Positions 29,499 through 40,005 of a DNA stretch of 64,000 nt are shown piece after piece (position 1 is the stretch's first letter; every line of letters starts with the position of its first letter). Location: contig NZ_MKVA01000002.1 of NCBI RefSeq assembly GCF_001899075.1, forward strand, positions 261,468 to 325,467. Reading direction: 5' to 3'. Below the pieces are notes generated by a model, which was not told the DNA's origin, searched no databases, and was given only the letters and a program-made list of their open reading frames with translations. This DNA comes from Devosia sp. 67-54 (GTDB lineage: Bacteria > Pseudomonadota > Alphaproteobacteria > Rhizobiales > Devosiaceae). A program made the translations under genes and the position numbers.

Positions 29499-30624
29499 CG
29501 GGTCGCTCCCCTGCGGGTGCCGAGTACGTTGCGCTTGAGCCAGGCGGGCAGGCCGAACTGGCTGGCGACGAGCAGGATGATGAGGGCGGCGACGACGCTG
29601 ATCACTTCGGCCGGCACGTCGGTGCGGATGTTCATCAACTGCGCGCCCTGCCTGAGATAGGCGTAGAACATCGCCACCACCGGCACCGCCAGCGGGCGGT
29701 TGCGGGCGACGATGGCGATGAGGATGCCCTCGAAGGCGAAGCCGCCCTCGAACAGCACGGTCAACTGCCCGAAGGCCTGGCCCTGCACGAACATCGAGCC
29801 GAGCAGGCCGCCGAGCGCGCCGGCGACGGTCATCGCCGACACCATGATGGCATTGGCCTTGATGCCGGCATATTCGGCGAAGCGGGCATTGTGGCCGACG
29901 AGGCGGAGCTTCAGCCCCCAGGAGGTGCGGTAGAGCGCGAACCAGGTGCCCAGCACGCACAGGATGGCGAAGATCAGCCCGAGGTCGATGCGGGTGTTGG
30001 CGACCAGCACCGGATAGAGCGAGGTCTTGGGGAATTTGTCGGTGGTCAGCAGGCCGCTGCCGGGCGGCACCAGCGAGACGCGCACGAGGAAATTGCAGAG
30101 CTCGATGGCGATGTAGTTGAGCATCAGCGTCGAGACGATCTCGTTGGCGCCGAGCCTGGCCTTGGCGATGCCGGGCAGGAAGCCGTAGATGCCGCCGGCG
30201 ATCATGGCGGCGAGGACGCCGAGGGGCAGGCCGGCCCAGGTCTGGCCGATGGGCGAGAGCGCGACGTAAGTGGCGGCGAGGGCGCCGACATAGAGCTGAC
30301 CCTGCACGCCGAGCGCGAATTGCCGCGCCTGGAACACCAGCGAGAAGGCGAGGCCAGTCATGGTCAGCTTGGCGACGTCGTCGACCCAGAGCCCGAAGGT
30401 GCGCACGCGGCTGAACGGCGCGGTGAGCAGCGTCATCAGCGCGTCGACCGGCGATTTCGAGACGAAGAACACGATCAGCAGCGTCGCGATCATGGCGATG
30501 ATCACGGCGATGGCGGCGCGGCCGAGCTCGCGGCCGGCGATCGACAGCCGCGTCGGCGGCTTCATGTTGCCGGCGGCGGTGGCGGCGGGCAGGGCGGCAG
30601 GGGCCGTCGGCGTGGCGTCGGTGG

Positions 30625-30628
<4 letters not shown>
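29495..30628 (-). CDS. nucleoside/simple-sugar-type ABC transporter permease
   Basis: Track ORF 29495..31351 trimmed to the ATG at 30628 (MTTDATPTAPAALPAA...). ATGA overlap with the ATPase stop. An alternative internal ATG (MKPPTRL) is possible. Confidence 0.82.
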
Positions 30629-32166
<1,538 letters not shown>

Positions 32167-32236
32167 TGTTGCCCCGTCCCCCGATGGAGGGCGCCGCAGC
32201 CTCGGCCGCGGCGCCGATACGCGAAAGCCTTAAGGC

Positions 32237-33295
32237 TTACTTCATCACGGTGTCGACCTTGATCTCGCCGGCGGCGATCTTCTTGGCGATGCCGTCGACC
32301 TCGGCCTGCACGTCGGCGGGCACGAGCTTTTTGTAGTTCTCGTTCTCGGCGATACCGACGGCGCCGTCGGCAAGGCCGAGCAGCTCGGCCTTGCCGTATT
32401 CCTGGGTGCCGGCGATGGTGTTCTTGAGGGCGAGATAGAGCGACTGGCCGACCTTCTTTTCGACCGAGGTGAAGATCACCGCGGCCTGGGCCGGGTCGGT
32501 GGCCTTGAAGATCTCGTACTGGTCGGAATCGACGCCGACGGCAAGCTTGCCGCCGCCCGCGTCACGCACCGCCTGCAGGCTGCCGATGCCGGTGCCGCCG
32601 GCGATCGGGAAGATTATGTCGGCGCCCTGGCCGAGCTGGGCCAGCGCGATCTCCTTGCCCTTGGCGGGGTCGGAGAAGGTGCCCGACACTTCGCTCAGGA
32701 TCTTGATGTCGGGCCTGGCGGCCTTGGCGCCCTGGTCGAAGCCGACCTTGAAGTCGGTGACGGTGGGGAAGTCCATGCCGACGACTTCACCGATGATGCC
32801 GGACTTGGAAATCTTGGCGGCGGCCCAGCCGGCGAGATAGCCGGCGGTCGAGGTCTGGTAGTTGATGCCCAGGACGTTCTTGCAGTCGCATTTGGCGTAG
32901 TCGGGCGCGTCGTCGAAGATAATGAATTTCTTGTCGGGATATTGCGGCGCGATGTCGGAAACATAGGGCTGCATGTCGAAGGTGCCGGCGATCACCACGT
33001 CGTAGTCGCCGTCGGTGGCGTCGGCGAGGGCGGGCTGCCATTTCGACTTGTCGTTGCCGGCCTCGATGATCTTGACGGTGACGGGCAGGTCGGCGGCGGC
33101 CTGCTTCAGGCCGGCGGCGGCGCTATCGAAGAAGCTCTTGTCGCCGAGATTGCCGTGCAGCACGAGGACGACCTTGAGCGGGTTGTCCTTGCTGTAGTCG
33201 GCGGCGAAAGCCTGCGGGACGGCGACAGCCGCCGTCATGCCGCCGGCGAGCACGAGCCCGGCGGCGGCCTTGCTGAGGGATGAGAGGAAAGACAT
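32237..33295 (-). CDS. BMP-family (Med/PnrA-like) ABC substrate-binding protein, probable purine nucleoside binder
   Basis: Track ORF 32237..33313. I prefer the ATG at 33295 (MSFLSSLSKAAAGLVLAGG), with AGGAG 6 nt upstream. BMP-family-like sequence. Confidence 0.85.
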   Translation of the reverse strand: MSFLSSLSKAAAGLVLAGGMTAAVAVPQAFAADYSKDNPLKVVLVLHGNLGDKSFFDSAAAGLKQAAADLPVTVKIIEAGNDKSKWQPALADATDGDYDVVIAGTFDMQPYVSDIAPQYPDKKFIIFDDAPDYAKCDCKNVLGINYQTSTAGYLAGWAAAKISKSGIIGEVVGMDFPTVTDFKVGFDQGAKAARPDIKILSEVSGTFSDPAKGKEIALAQLGQGADIIFPIAGGTGIGSLQAVRDAGGGKLAVGVDSDQYEIFKATDPAQAAVIFTSVEKKVGQSLYLALKNTIAGTQEYGKAELLGLADGAVGIAENENYKKLVPADVQAEVDGIAKKIAAGEIKVDTVMK

Positions 33296-33312
33296 GCGCA
33301 CTCCTGTTGGCA

Positions 33313-34269
33313 TTAGGTCTTCTTGGTAGGCACGTAGGCAACGGAACGGGCGTAGAAGGCATCGACCTTAGCAAGATCGACCTGTTCCACGAACGTAATT
33401 CTGGGGGTGCCGAGGCGGCCGCTCGGATCGACCAGGGTCATGCCGCGGGTGAGGCCGGGCGCGAGCTCGACGCTCGAGGAGGCGGTCACCGATTTCGTGA
33501 CGATCGCCGGATCGACGACCACCGCGGCGGCCAGCGGATCGACGTAGAGCATGTTGTCGGGCGCCTGCCGCTTGCGGCGCACGCCGCGATAATGGTTGAC
33601 CAGCGCCGCCGAGAAATCGCGGATCGCCGAAGGCGGGGTCCTGTCGAACAGCGCATCGACGCGGGCGCCGTCCATGTAGTGGGCGACGCACGCCTCCCAC
33701 GGCACGACGATGGTGTCGACGCCGGCGGTGAGCACGATGTGGGCGGCCTCGGGATCGGCGTAGATGTTGAATTCGGCGGCCGGCGTGGTGTTGCCGCGGC
33801 CGTAGACGGTGCCGCCCATGATGGTCAGCGTGCCGATGCCGGCGGTGATGTCGGGGGCAAGGCGCAGCGCCAGCGCCAGATTGGTGAGCGGGCCGATCAT
33901 CAGGATGTCGGCCTTGCCGCCCCTGGCGGCGGCGTCGCGGAAGGTGCGGATGAGGACGCCGACGGCGTCGTCGGAGGCGGGCTCGGCCTGCGTCTTCGGG
34001 CGCGCGGCGCCGCCGAGGCCGTCATTGCCGTGCACATCGGTGGCATCGATGATCGGCTGCGTCAGCGGCCGGTCGGCGCCGCGATGCACCGGCACGTCGA
34101 GGCCCAGATGCGCGGCGACGGCGAGCAGATTGGTGGTCGCCTGGTCGCGCCCGACATTGCCGAACACGGTGGTGATGATGTCCGGCGCGCGGCCGTTGGC
34201 CACCAGCAGGATCAGCGCCTGGGCGTCGTCGACGCCGCCATCGCTGTCGAAAATGAAGGGTCTGGTCAC
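33313..34269 (-). CDS. nucleoside hydrolase (IUNH family)
   Basis: Real part of track ORF 33313..34791. GTG at 34269 (VTRPFIFDSDGGVDDAQALILL = DxDxxxDD motif). GTGA overlap with the upstream amidohydrolase stop. Confidence 0.88.
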   Translation of the reverse strand: MTRPFIFDSDGGVDDAQALILLVANGRAPDIITTVFGNVGRDQATTNLLAVAAHLGLDVPVHRGADRPLTQPIIDATDVHGNDGLGGAARPKTQAEPASDDAVGVLIRTFRDAAARGGKADILMIGPLTNLALALRLAPDITAGIGTLTIMGGTVYGRGNTTPAAEFNIYADPEAAHIVLTAGVDTIVVPWEACVAHYMDGARVDALFDRTPPSAIRDFSAALVNHYRGVRRKRQAPDNMLYVDPLAAAVVVDPAIVTKSVTASSSVELAPGLTRGMTLVDPSGRLGTPRITFVEQVDLAKVDAFYARSVAYVPTKKT

Positions 34270-35618
34270 GCTACGTCCCTGGTCTTCTTGTTGTCGTCGA
34301 CGCGGGCCCAGAAGGCCGCGTAGGTTTTCGAATAGTCGGCGCGGATGTCGGCGAAGGGCCGGCGCACCAGCTCGCGGTCGCGCACGATCGGCTCGCCGGC
34401 GATCCACACATGCCGCACGTCGCGGCCGCTGCCGGAATAGACCAGCAGGGTCTCGATGTCGGGCGTCTCGGAATAGCCGGGGCCGCCGAGGTCGACCGCG
34501 ACGAGGTCGGCGGCCTTGCCAGGCTCGAGGCTGCCGATCTCGTGCCCGAGGCCGAGGGCGCGGGCGCCGTCGATGGTCGCCATGCGCACCAGCTCGCGGC
34601 TCGACAGCGGCTGGGCGCGGCCCTCGCGATGCGAGGCGACGAGGCCGGCGACGCGCATCTCGGCCACCATGTCGTAGGAATTGTTGGCGGCGACATTGTC
34701 GGTGCCGAGCGCCACGGTGACGCCCTTGTCGCGCAAGCGCACGGCGGGGCAGATGCCGGCGCGGCCGGAGCGGAGGCCGGCGGTGGCGCAATAGGCCACC
34801 GACGTTTCGGGATGGGCGGCGAAGATGGCGATGTCGCTGTCGCTGAGATCGAGGCAGTGGGCGGCGTGCACCTTGCCGGAAAAGAAGCCGGCGCGCTCCA
34901 GCGCCTCGGTGGCGGTGAGGCCGTAGCGGGCGAGGGTCAGCTCGTTGTCCTCGGGGCCGGCCGCCATATGCAGGTGCAGGCCGGCGCCGTGCTCGCGGGC
35001 CACCGCCACTTCCTCGAGCAGCAGCTCCTCGGTGTTGTCGACATAGGGCGCGTGCGGGCCGAACCAGGGGATGACGCGGCCGTCGGCGGAGCGCTGCCGC
35101 TCGAGGAAGGCGGTGGCGGCGGCAAGCTCGCGCTGGCCGCGCTCGACGTCGCCCAGCTGCACGATGCCGTAGGCGATGACAGCGCGGAGGCCGGCGTCCT
35201 TGACGGCCGCGGCGATCTCCTCGGCGAAGAAGTACTGGTCGCAGAAGGTGGTGGTGCCGCTCAGCGCCATCTCGGCGCAGCTCAGGGCGACGGCGGGGCC
35301 GATGTCGGAGGCGACCAGCGACAGCTCGGGCTCGCGGATGGAGTTGTACCAGCCGTCCATGGTGAGCAGGCTCCGGCCTTCGGAGCGGCCGCGGAACAGC
35401 ACCATGGCGGCGTGGGTGTGGGCGTTGACCAGCCCCGGCATCAGCACATGGCCGCCGAGGTCGACGGCCTCGTCGAATCCGGCGGCGGCGGGCGTGGTGT
35501 CGCGGCTGCCGGTGGCGGTGATGCGGCCGTCGCGCACGGCAACCCAGCCGCCCGCGAGCACCCGATCGTCCTGGTCCACAGTCAGCACCGTGCCGCCGTG
35601 GAAAAGCGAGGACCCCAT
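34266..35618 (-). CDS. amidohydrolase of the MtaD / guanine-deaminase / TRZ-ATZ group (COG0402-like)
   Basis: Track ORF 34266..35663 trimmed to the ATG at 35618 (MGSSLFHGGTVLTVDQ). PGLVNAHTHAAM (HxH), GLHLHMAAG, VALGTDN. Confidence 0.85.
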   Translation of the reverse strand: MGSSLFHGGTVLTVDQDDRVLAGGWVAVRDGRITATGSRDTTPAAAGFDEAVDLGGHVLMPGLVNAHTHAAMVLFRGRSEGRSLLTMDGWYNSIREPELSLVASDIGPAVALSCAEMALSGTTTFCDQYFFAEEIAAAVKDAGLRAVIAYGIVQLGDVERGQRELAAATAFLERQRSADGRVIPWFGPHAPYVDNTEELLLEEVAVAREHGAGLHLHMAAGPEDNELTLARYGLTATEALERAGFFSGKVHAAHCLDLSDSDIAIFAAHPETSVAYCATAGLRSGRAGICPAVRLRDKGVTVALGTDNVAANNSYDMVAEMRVAGLVASHREGRAQPLSSRELVRMATIDGARALGLGHEIGSLEPGKAADLVAVDLGGPGYSETPDIETLLVYSGSGRDVRHVWIAGEPIVRDRELVRRPFADIRADYSKTYAAFWARVDDNKKTRDVA

Positions 35619-35626
35619 AACACCCC

Positions 35627-35645
35627 AGTTAGTAAACCGGTTTAC
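35627..35645. promoter_or_regulatory. candidate LacI-family operator (second identical copy)
   Basis: Same 19-mer, in the divergent intergenic region. It lies 14 nt upstream of the amidohydrolase start (35618, minus strand) and 83 nt upstream of the adenine deaminase 2 start (35728). Confidence 0.65.
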
Positions 35646-35727
35646 AGAGCCAACTAAAAACACTCATTATGGGCTTGTCAAATCCTTTGGGCTGCGTCCC
35701 CCGGTGAGCCTTGCAGCAGCGTCAATC

Positions 35728-37584
35728 ATGACCGACGACCTCCTCATTTCCGGCGCCGGCGAAGTCGCCATCCGGCAGGAGCTGACGCTGGTGGCGCTCG
35801 GCAGGAAGCCGGCCGACCGGGCGCTGCGCGTCGGCCGTCTGCTCGACGTGCATACGCGCAGCTGGCTCGAGGACCAGGAGATCGTGATGCACGGCCGGCG
35901 CATCGCCTGGGTGGGGCCGGCCGGCGCCTATGCGGGCGAGGTGCGCGAGCGCGTGCACGAGCCCGACCTTTCGGCGGTGCCCGGCTTCGGCGAGGTGCAC
36001 AAGCACATCGAGAGCTCGCATCTGACGCCGGAATACGAGGCGGCGCTGGCGATCCCGCGCGGCAATACCTGGACATGCGAAGCGAGCCACGAATTCTCCA
36101 ATGTCGACGGCGTGCACAATCTCGCCTTCTGGACGATGGCGCGGCGGGCGGGCTCGCCGCTGAAGATCTTTCCGCAGCCCGGCTCGGCGGTGCCGCCGAC
36201 GGCGTGGGAGTGGGGCGGGGGCTATTACGACGGGCCGGCGCAGGCGGGCTTCATGGCCGAAAGCGTCATGGTCACCGGGCTCGACGAGGTGATGGACTGG
36301 CCGGCGGTGTGGAACCCCGAGAACGCCTCGCACGACCGGCTGTGGGGAATGATCGGCGCGACGCTCGCCGGACGCGGCGTGGTCGAGGGGCATGCTTCGG
36401 GCCTTACCTCGGTGGGCGAGATCAGCGCCTTCGCGGCGGCTGGCCTCGCCTCCGACCACGAAATGGTGTCGGCGGAGGAGGCGTGGACCAAGCTCAGCCA
36501 TGGGCTGTTCGTCGAGATCCGCATCTACACCATGACCGAGATCATCACGGGGCTGCTGGAGCGGGGCCTGACAGACTGGTCGCAGGTCGCCCTCACCACC
36601 GACGACCGGTCGGCCAGCAACACGCTCAAGGATGGCGGCATGGACCACAATGTCCGTACCGCCATCGCCGCCGGGCTGCCGCCTGAAACGGCGATCCAGT
36701 GCGTGACCATCAATCCGGCGCGGCACATGCGGCTGACGCCCTATGTCGGCTCGATCGCGCCGGGCCGCTATGCCGACATCGTGCTCTTGAGCGACGTGCC
36801 GGGGGTGAAGATCGCCAAGGTGTGGGCCGACGGCAGGCCGGCGTCGGAGGGGACGCGCTACACCGGGCCGGCGCCGAAGATCGACTATCCGTCGTGGGCG
36901 ACGCACACGGTCAACATCAAGCGCCGCATCAGTGCCGACGATTTCCGCATTGCGGCGGCGCCGGGGCGCGAGACGATGCAGGCGGCGGTGATCCGGCCGT
37001 TCCACTGGCACCCGGTGTTCTACGAGATGACGCTGCCGGTCGCGGACGGCGCGGTGCAGCGGCTGCAAAGCGAAAACCTCACCAAATTCGCCATCGTCGA
37101 TCGCTTCTCGGGCGAGGGGAAGGTGTCGAAGATGTTCTGGCGCGGCTGCGGGCCGCGCGACGCCGACAGCGCGCTCGCCTGTTCGGTGGGGCACGACAAG
37201 CACAACATCTGGTGCGTCGGCTCGTCGGATGCGGCGATGGCGATGGCGGTCAACGCGCTGATCGAGCAGCAGGGCGGCTGGGCGCTGGTGCATGGCGGCA
37301 AGGTCGCGGCGACGGTGCGCTTCGAGGTCGGCGGGCTGATGACGGCGCGGCCGCCCGAGGTGCTCGATGCGGAGATGCAGCAACTCTACCGCGCCGCGGA
37401 GAAGGTCGACTGGATGTACGAGCCGACCTACCGGCCGCGCTGGTATCCGGGCTTTCCCGAGCGGCTGATGGCGGCGACGCTCACCTGCTCGCCCTGGACC
37501 TGGGTGCTGGTGGCGCCGACGCCGCTGGCGCCCGAGGGCTTCGTCAACGTGGCGACGGGTGAGACGCACCCGGTGGTCTGGTAG
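35728..37584 (+). CDS. adenine deaminase family amidohydrolase (paralog 2)
   Basis: ATG 35728 inside track ORF 35176..37584 (MTDDLLISGAGEVAIRQELTLVALG). GEVHKHIESS. 107/148 identical residues to paralog 1 over the N-terminal stretch I aligned by hand. Confidence 0.88.
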   Translation: MTDDLLISGAGEVAIRQELTLVALGRKPADRALRVGRLLDVHTRSWLEDQEIVMHGRRIAWVGPAGAYAGEVRERVHEPDLSAVPGFGEVHKHIESSHLTPEYEAALAIPRGNTWTCEASHEFSNVDGVHNLAFWTMARRAGSPLKIFPQPGSAVPPTAWEWGGGYYDGPAQAGFMAESVMVTGLDEVMDWPAVWNPENASHDRLWGMIGATLAGRGVVEGHASGLTSVGEISAFAAAGLASDHEMVSAEEAWTKLSHGLFVEIRIYTMTEIITGLLERGLTDWSQVALTTDDRSASNTLKDGGMDHNVRTAIAAGLPPETAIQCVTINPARHMRLTPYVGSIAPGRYADIVLLSDVPGVKIAKVWADGRPASEGTRYTGPAPKIDYPSWATHTVNIKRRISADDFRIAAAPGRETMQAAVIRPFHWHPVFYEMTLPVADGAVQRLQSENLTKFAIVDRFSGEGKVSKMFWRGCGPRDADSALACSVGHDKHNIWCVGSSDAAMAMAVNALIEQQGGWALVHGGKVAATVRFEVGGLMTARPPEVLDAEMQQLYRAAEKVDWMYEPTYRPRWYPGFPERLMAATLTCSPWTWVLVAPTPLAPEGFVNVATGETHPVVW

Positions 37585-37595
37585 CGGGGGCGGGC

Positions 37596-38609
37596 GTGGC
37601 GACCATTCACGACGTGGCGCTCGCGGCGGGGGTCAGCAAGACCACGGTGTCGCGCTATCTCAACAACCGCATCGAGCTGCCGGCCGCCACCTCGGCGCGC
37701 ATCGACGCCGCCATCGCCAAGCACGATTATCGCCCGAACCTGCTGGCGCGGCGACTGTCGACGGGCAAGACCGACGCCATCGGCCTCGTGGTGCCGGAAA
37801 TCCGCGAGCCGTTCTTTGCCGAGCTGGCCTCGGCGGTGGAGGACGAGGCGGACCGGCACGGCTACACCATCTTCATTTCCTCGACGCGCTCGGACCGCGG
37901 CCGCGAGATCGCCTCGCTCAACCGGCTGCGCGACCATCATGTCGACGGGCTGATCATGCTGACCAACACGCCCGACGACGGCTCGCTGGCGGCGGAGATC
38001 GGCAAGCGGCGCAACGTGGTGCTGCTCGACGAGGACATTCCCGGCGTCAAGGTGCCGCGGGTGTTCGTCGAGAACACCGAGGGGGCGCGGCGCGCCACGC
38101 AGCATCTGATCGCGCGCGGGCACCGGGCCATCGCCTTCCTCGGCGGGCCGCTGGGGCTGTTCACCTCGGAGGAGCGCTTCGCCGGCTATGCCGCGGCGCT
38201 GCGCGAGGCGGGGCTCGGCGTCGAGGGACAGCATCTGCATCGCGGCAGCTTCTCGCCCGATCTCGCCGAGCAGGCGGTGGTGGCGATGGCGGCGGCGCGG
38301 ACGCCGCCGACGGCGCTCTTCGCCTCGTCCGACTATCTCGCCATCGGCGCGATGCGCGGGCTGCGCCGCGCCGGCGTGGCGGTGCCGCGCGACATGAGCC
38401 TCGTCAGCTTCGACGATACGCCGCTCGGCGCCATGCTGACGCCGGCGCTGACGGCCATCCAGCAGCCGATCGAGGCGCTCGGCCGGCACGGCTTCCAGGC
38501 GCTGTATGCGCTGATGCAGCGCAAGCCGGCGCCAAAGCTGACGCGGCTGCCGGTGACGCTGATCGAACGCGAGTCCGTCGCCAGTCCAAGAGCAAGGGGG
38601 AGACTTTGA
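37596..38609 (+). CDS. LacI-family transcriptional regulator
   Basis: 337-aa ORF (GTG start). HTH ATIHDVALAAGVSKTTVSRYLNN, followed by a periplasmic-binding-protein-like effector domain. Confidence 0.9.
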   Translation: MATIHDVALAAGVSKTTVSRYLNNRIELPAATSARIDAAIAKHDYRPNLLARRLSTGKTDAIGLVVPEIREPFFAELASAVEDEADRHGYTIFISSTRSDRGREIASLNRLRDHHVDGLIMLTNTPDDGSLAAEIGKRRNVVLLDEDIPGVKVPRVFVENTEGARRATQHLIARGHRAIAFLGGPLGLFTSEERFAGYAAALREAGLGVEGQHLHRGSFSPDLAEQAVVAMAAARTPPTALFASSDYLAIGAMRGLRRAGVAVPRDMSLVSFDDTPLGAMLTPALTAIQQPIEALGRHGFQALYALMQRKPAPKLTRLPVTLIERESVASPRARGRL

Positions 38610-39361
38610 GCAAGCGCATCCTGATCGCGGGGGAATCGTGGACCACGCATTCGATCCATGTGAAGGGCTTCGACAGCTTCACCACCACCGAATACAATGA
38701 GGGCATCCACTGGGTGCGGGCGGCGCTCGCGGGCAATGGCTGGAGCGTCGAGCATCTGCCGTCGCACAACGCGGCGCGCGACTTTCCGGGAAGCCTCGAG
38801 GCGCTGCGGCAGTACAACGTCGTTCTGCTGAGCGACATCGGCGCCAACACGCTGCTGCTGCACCCCGAGACGTTCAATCGCAGCAAGGTGCTGCCCAACC
38901 GCCTCGATCTGCTGGCGGAGTATGTGCGGGCCGGCGGCGGGCTGGTGATGGCGGGCGGCTACCTGACCTTCCAGGGGATCGACGCCAAGGGCCAGTATGC
39001 CGGCAGCGCGGTGGAGGCGGTGCTGCCGGTGACGCTGCACCGCCACGACGACCGCATGGAAAAGCCGGAGGGCGCCGCGCCGGTGGTGGCCGATGCCGGC
39101 CATCCCATCCTTGCCGGCGTGCCGTCGGGGGCGTGGCCGGCGCTGCTCGGCTACAACCAGGTGGTGGCGCGGCCCGGGGCCAGCCTGATCGCGCGGGTCG
39201 GCGACGATCCGCTGCTGGTGGCGGGGACGTTCGGCAAGGGCCGCTCGGTGGCGTTCACCTCGGACCTTGCGCCGCACTGGGCGCCGCCGCCGTTTCTCGA
39301 CTGGCCCGGCTACGCGCCGCTATGGGCCGGCATTTGCGATTGGGCAGGGAGTTTCAGATGA
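38606..39361 (+). CDS. GATase1-like protein (DUF1355-type putative glutamine amidotransferase-like, cytoplasmic)
   Basis: TTG at 38606 inside track ORF 37559..39361, TTGA overlap with the lacI-family stop. LSKRILIAGESWTTHSIHVKGFDSF ... LLSDIGANTLLL ... GGGLVMAGGYLTFQGIDAKG matches my recollection of this family. No downstream ATG could serve as the start. Confidence 0.75.
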   Translation: MSKRILIAGESWTTHSIHVKGFDSFTTTEYNEGIHWVRAALAGNGWSVEHLPSHNAARDFPGSLEALRQYNVVLLSDIGANTLLLHPETFNRSKVLPNRLDLLAEYVRAGGGLVMAGGYLTFQGIDAKGQYAGSAVEAVLPVTLHRHDDRMEKPEGAAPVVADAGHPILAGVPSGAWPALLGYNQVVARPGASLIARVGDDPLLVAGTFGKGRSVAFTSDLAPHWAPPPFLDWPGYAPLWAGICDWAGSFR

Positions 39362-39939
39362 TCGCCGTCAAGCAGCCGCCGGATCCGTGGCAGCGCACCA
39401 CCACCGAGCATGGCTTCGCCGCCGACGAGGTGATCTCGGCGCTGCAGAAGTCGATCCGGCGCGGGCTGGTCGAGAATGCGCTGCTGCTCGGCTGGGAGAT
39501 GTATCTCACCAGCCCGGAGATGGAGGCGATGCTGTGGTCGCGCCTGTGCGTCATCGCGGTGGAGGACGTGGGCTACGGCAATCTCGACGCGCCGGTGCTG
39601 GTTGAAACGCTGTTCCAACAGCACCAGCGCTATCCCCGGCCGCAGCACGACCGCTTCCTGTTTGCGGCGCACGCCATCCGGGTGCTGGGCTCGGGGCAGA
39701 AGGACCGCACCACCGACGACATGGTCAACTGGGCCAAGCAGTCGGTGGCGCTGGGCGAGCGGCAGGCCGAGATTCCGGACTTCGCGCTCGACATGCACAC
39801 GCGGCGCGGCGCCGAGATGGGCCGCGACTACCGCTGGTTCATCGAGGAGGCCTCGCGGGTGATCCCCGAGATCCCCGGCAAGGAGCAGAAATACCGCGAC
39901 TGGATCGTCGACGCGCTGCAGGCGGGGAAGCTGAGCTAG
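39358..39939 (+). CDS. stand-alone RarA/MgsA C-terminal-domain (MgsA_C-like) protein, no AAA+ module
   Basis: ATG 39358 inside track ORF 39133..39939, ATGA overlap with the previous gene. DEVISALQKSIRRGLVENALLLGWEMYL...LCVIAVEDVGYGNLDAP aligns with the RarA segment D.ISAL.KS.RGS..DAALYW.ARM...LAIASEDVGNADP. No Walker A motif anywhere in the 193 aa. Confidence 0.7.
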   Translation: MIAVKQPPDPWQRTTTEHGFAADEVISALQKSIRRGLVENALLLGWEMYLTSPEMEAMLWSRLCVIAVEDVGYGNLDAPVLVETLFQQHQRYPRPQHDRFLFAAHAIRVLGSGQKDRTTDDMVNWAKQSVALGERQAEIPDFALDMHTRRGAEMGRDYRWFIEEASRVIPEIPGKEQKYRDWIVDALQAGKLS

Positions 39940-39970
39940 CGTCTCCGCCCACTTGACTCCCGCGCTGAAT

Positions 39971-39985
39971 GTTCTCTTTATGTTC
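39971..39985. promoter_or_regulatory. alphaproteobacterial LexA (SOS) box GTTC-N7-GTTC
   Basis: GTTCTCTTTATGTTC, 20 nt upstream of the dinB ATG. A third GTTC follows at 39988. Confidence 0.7.
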
Positions 39986-40005
39986 TCGTTCAGCGCGAGG
40001 CTTCG

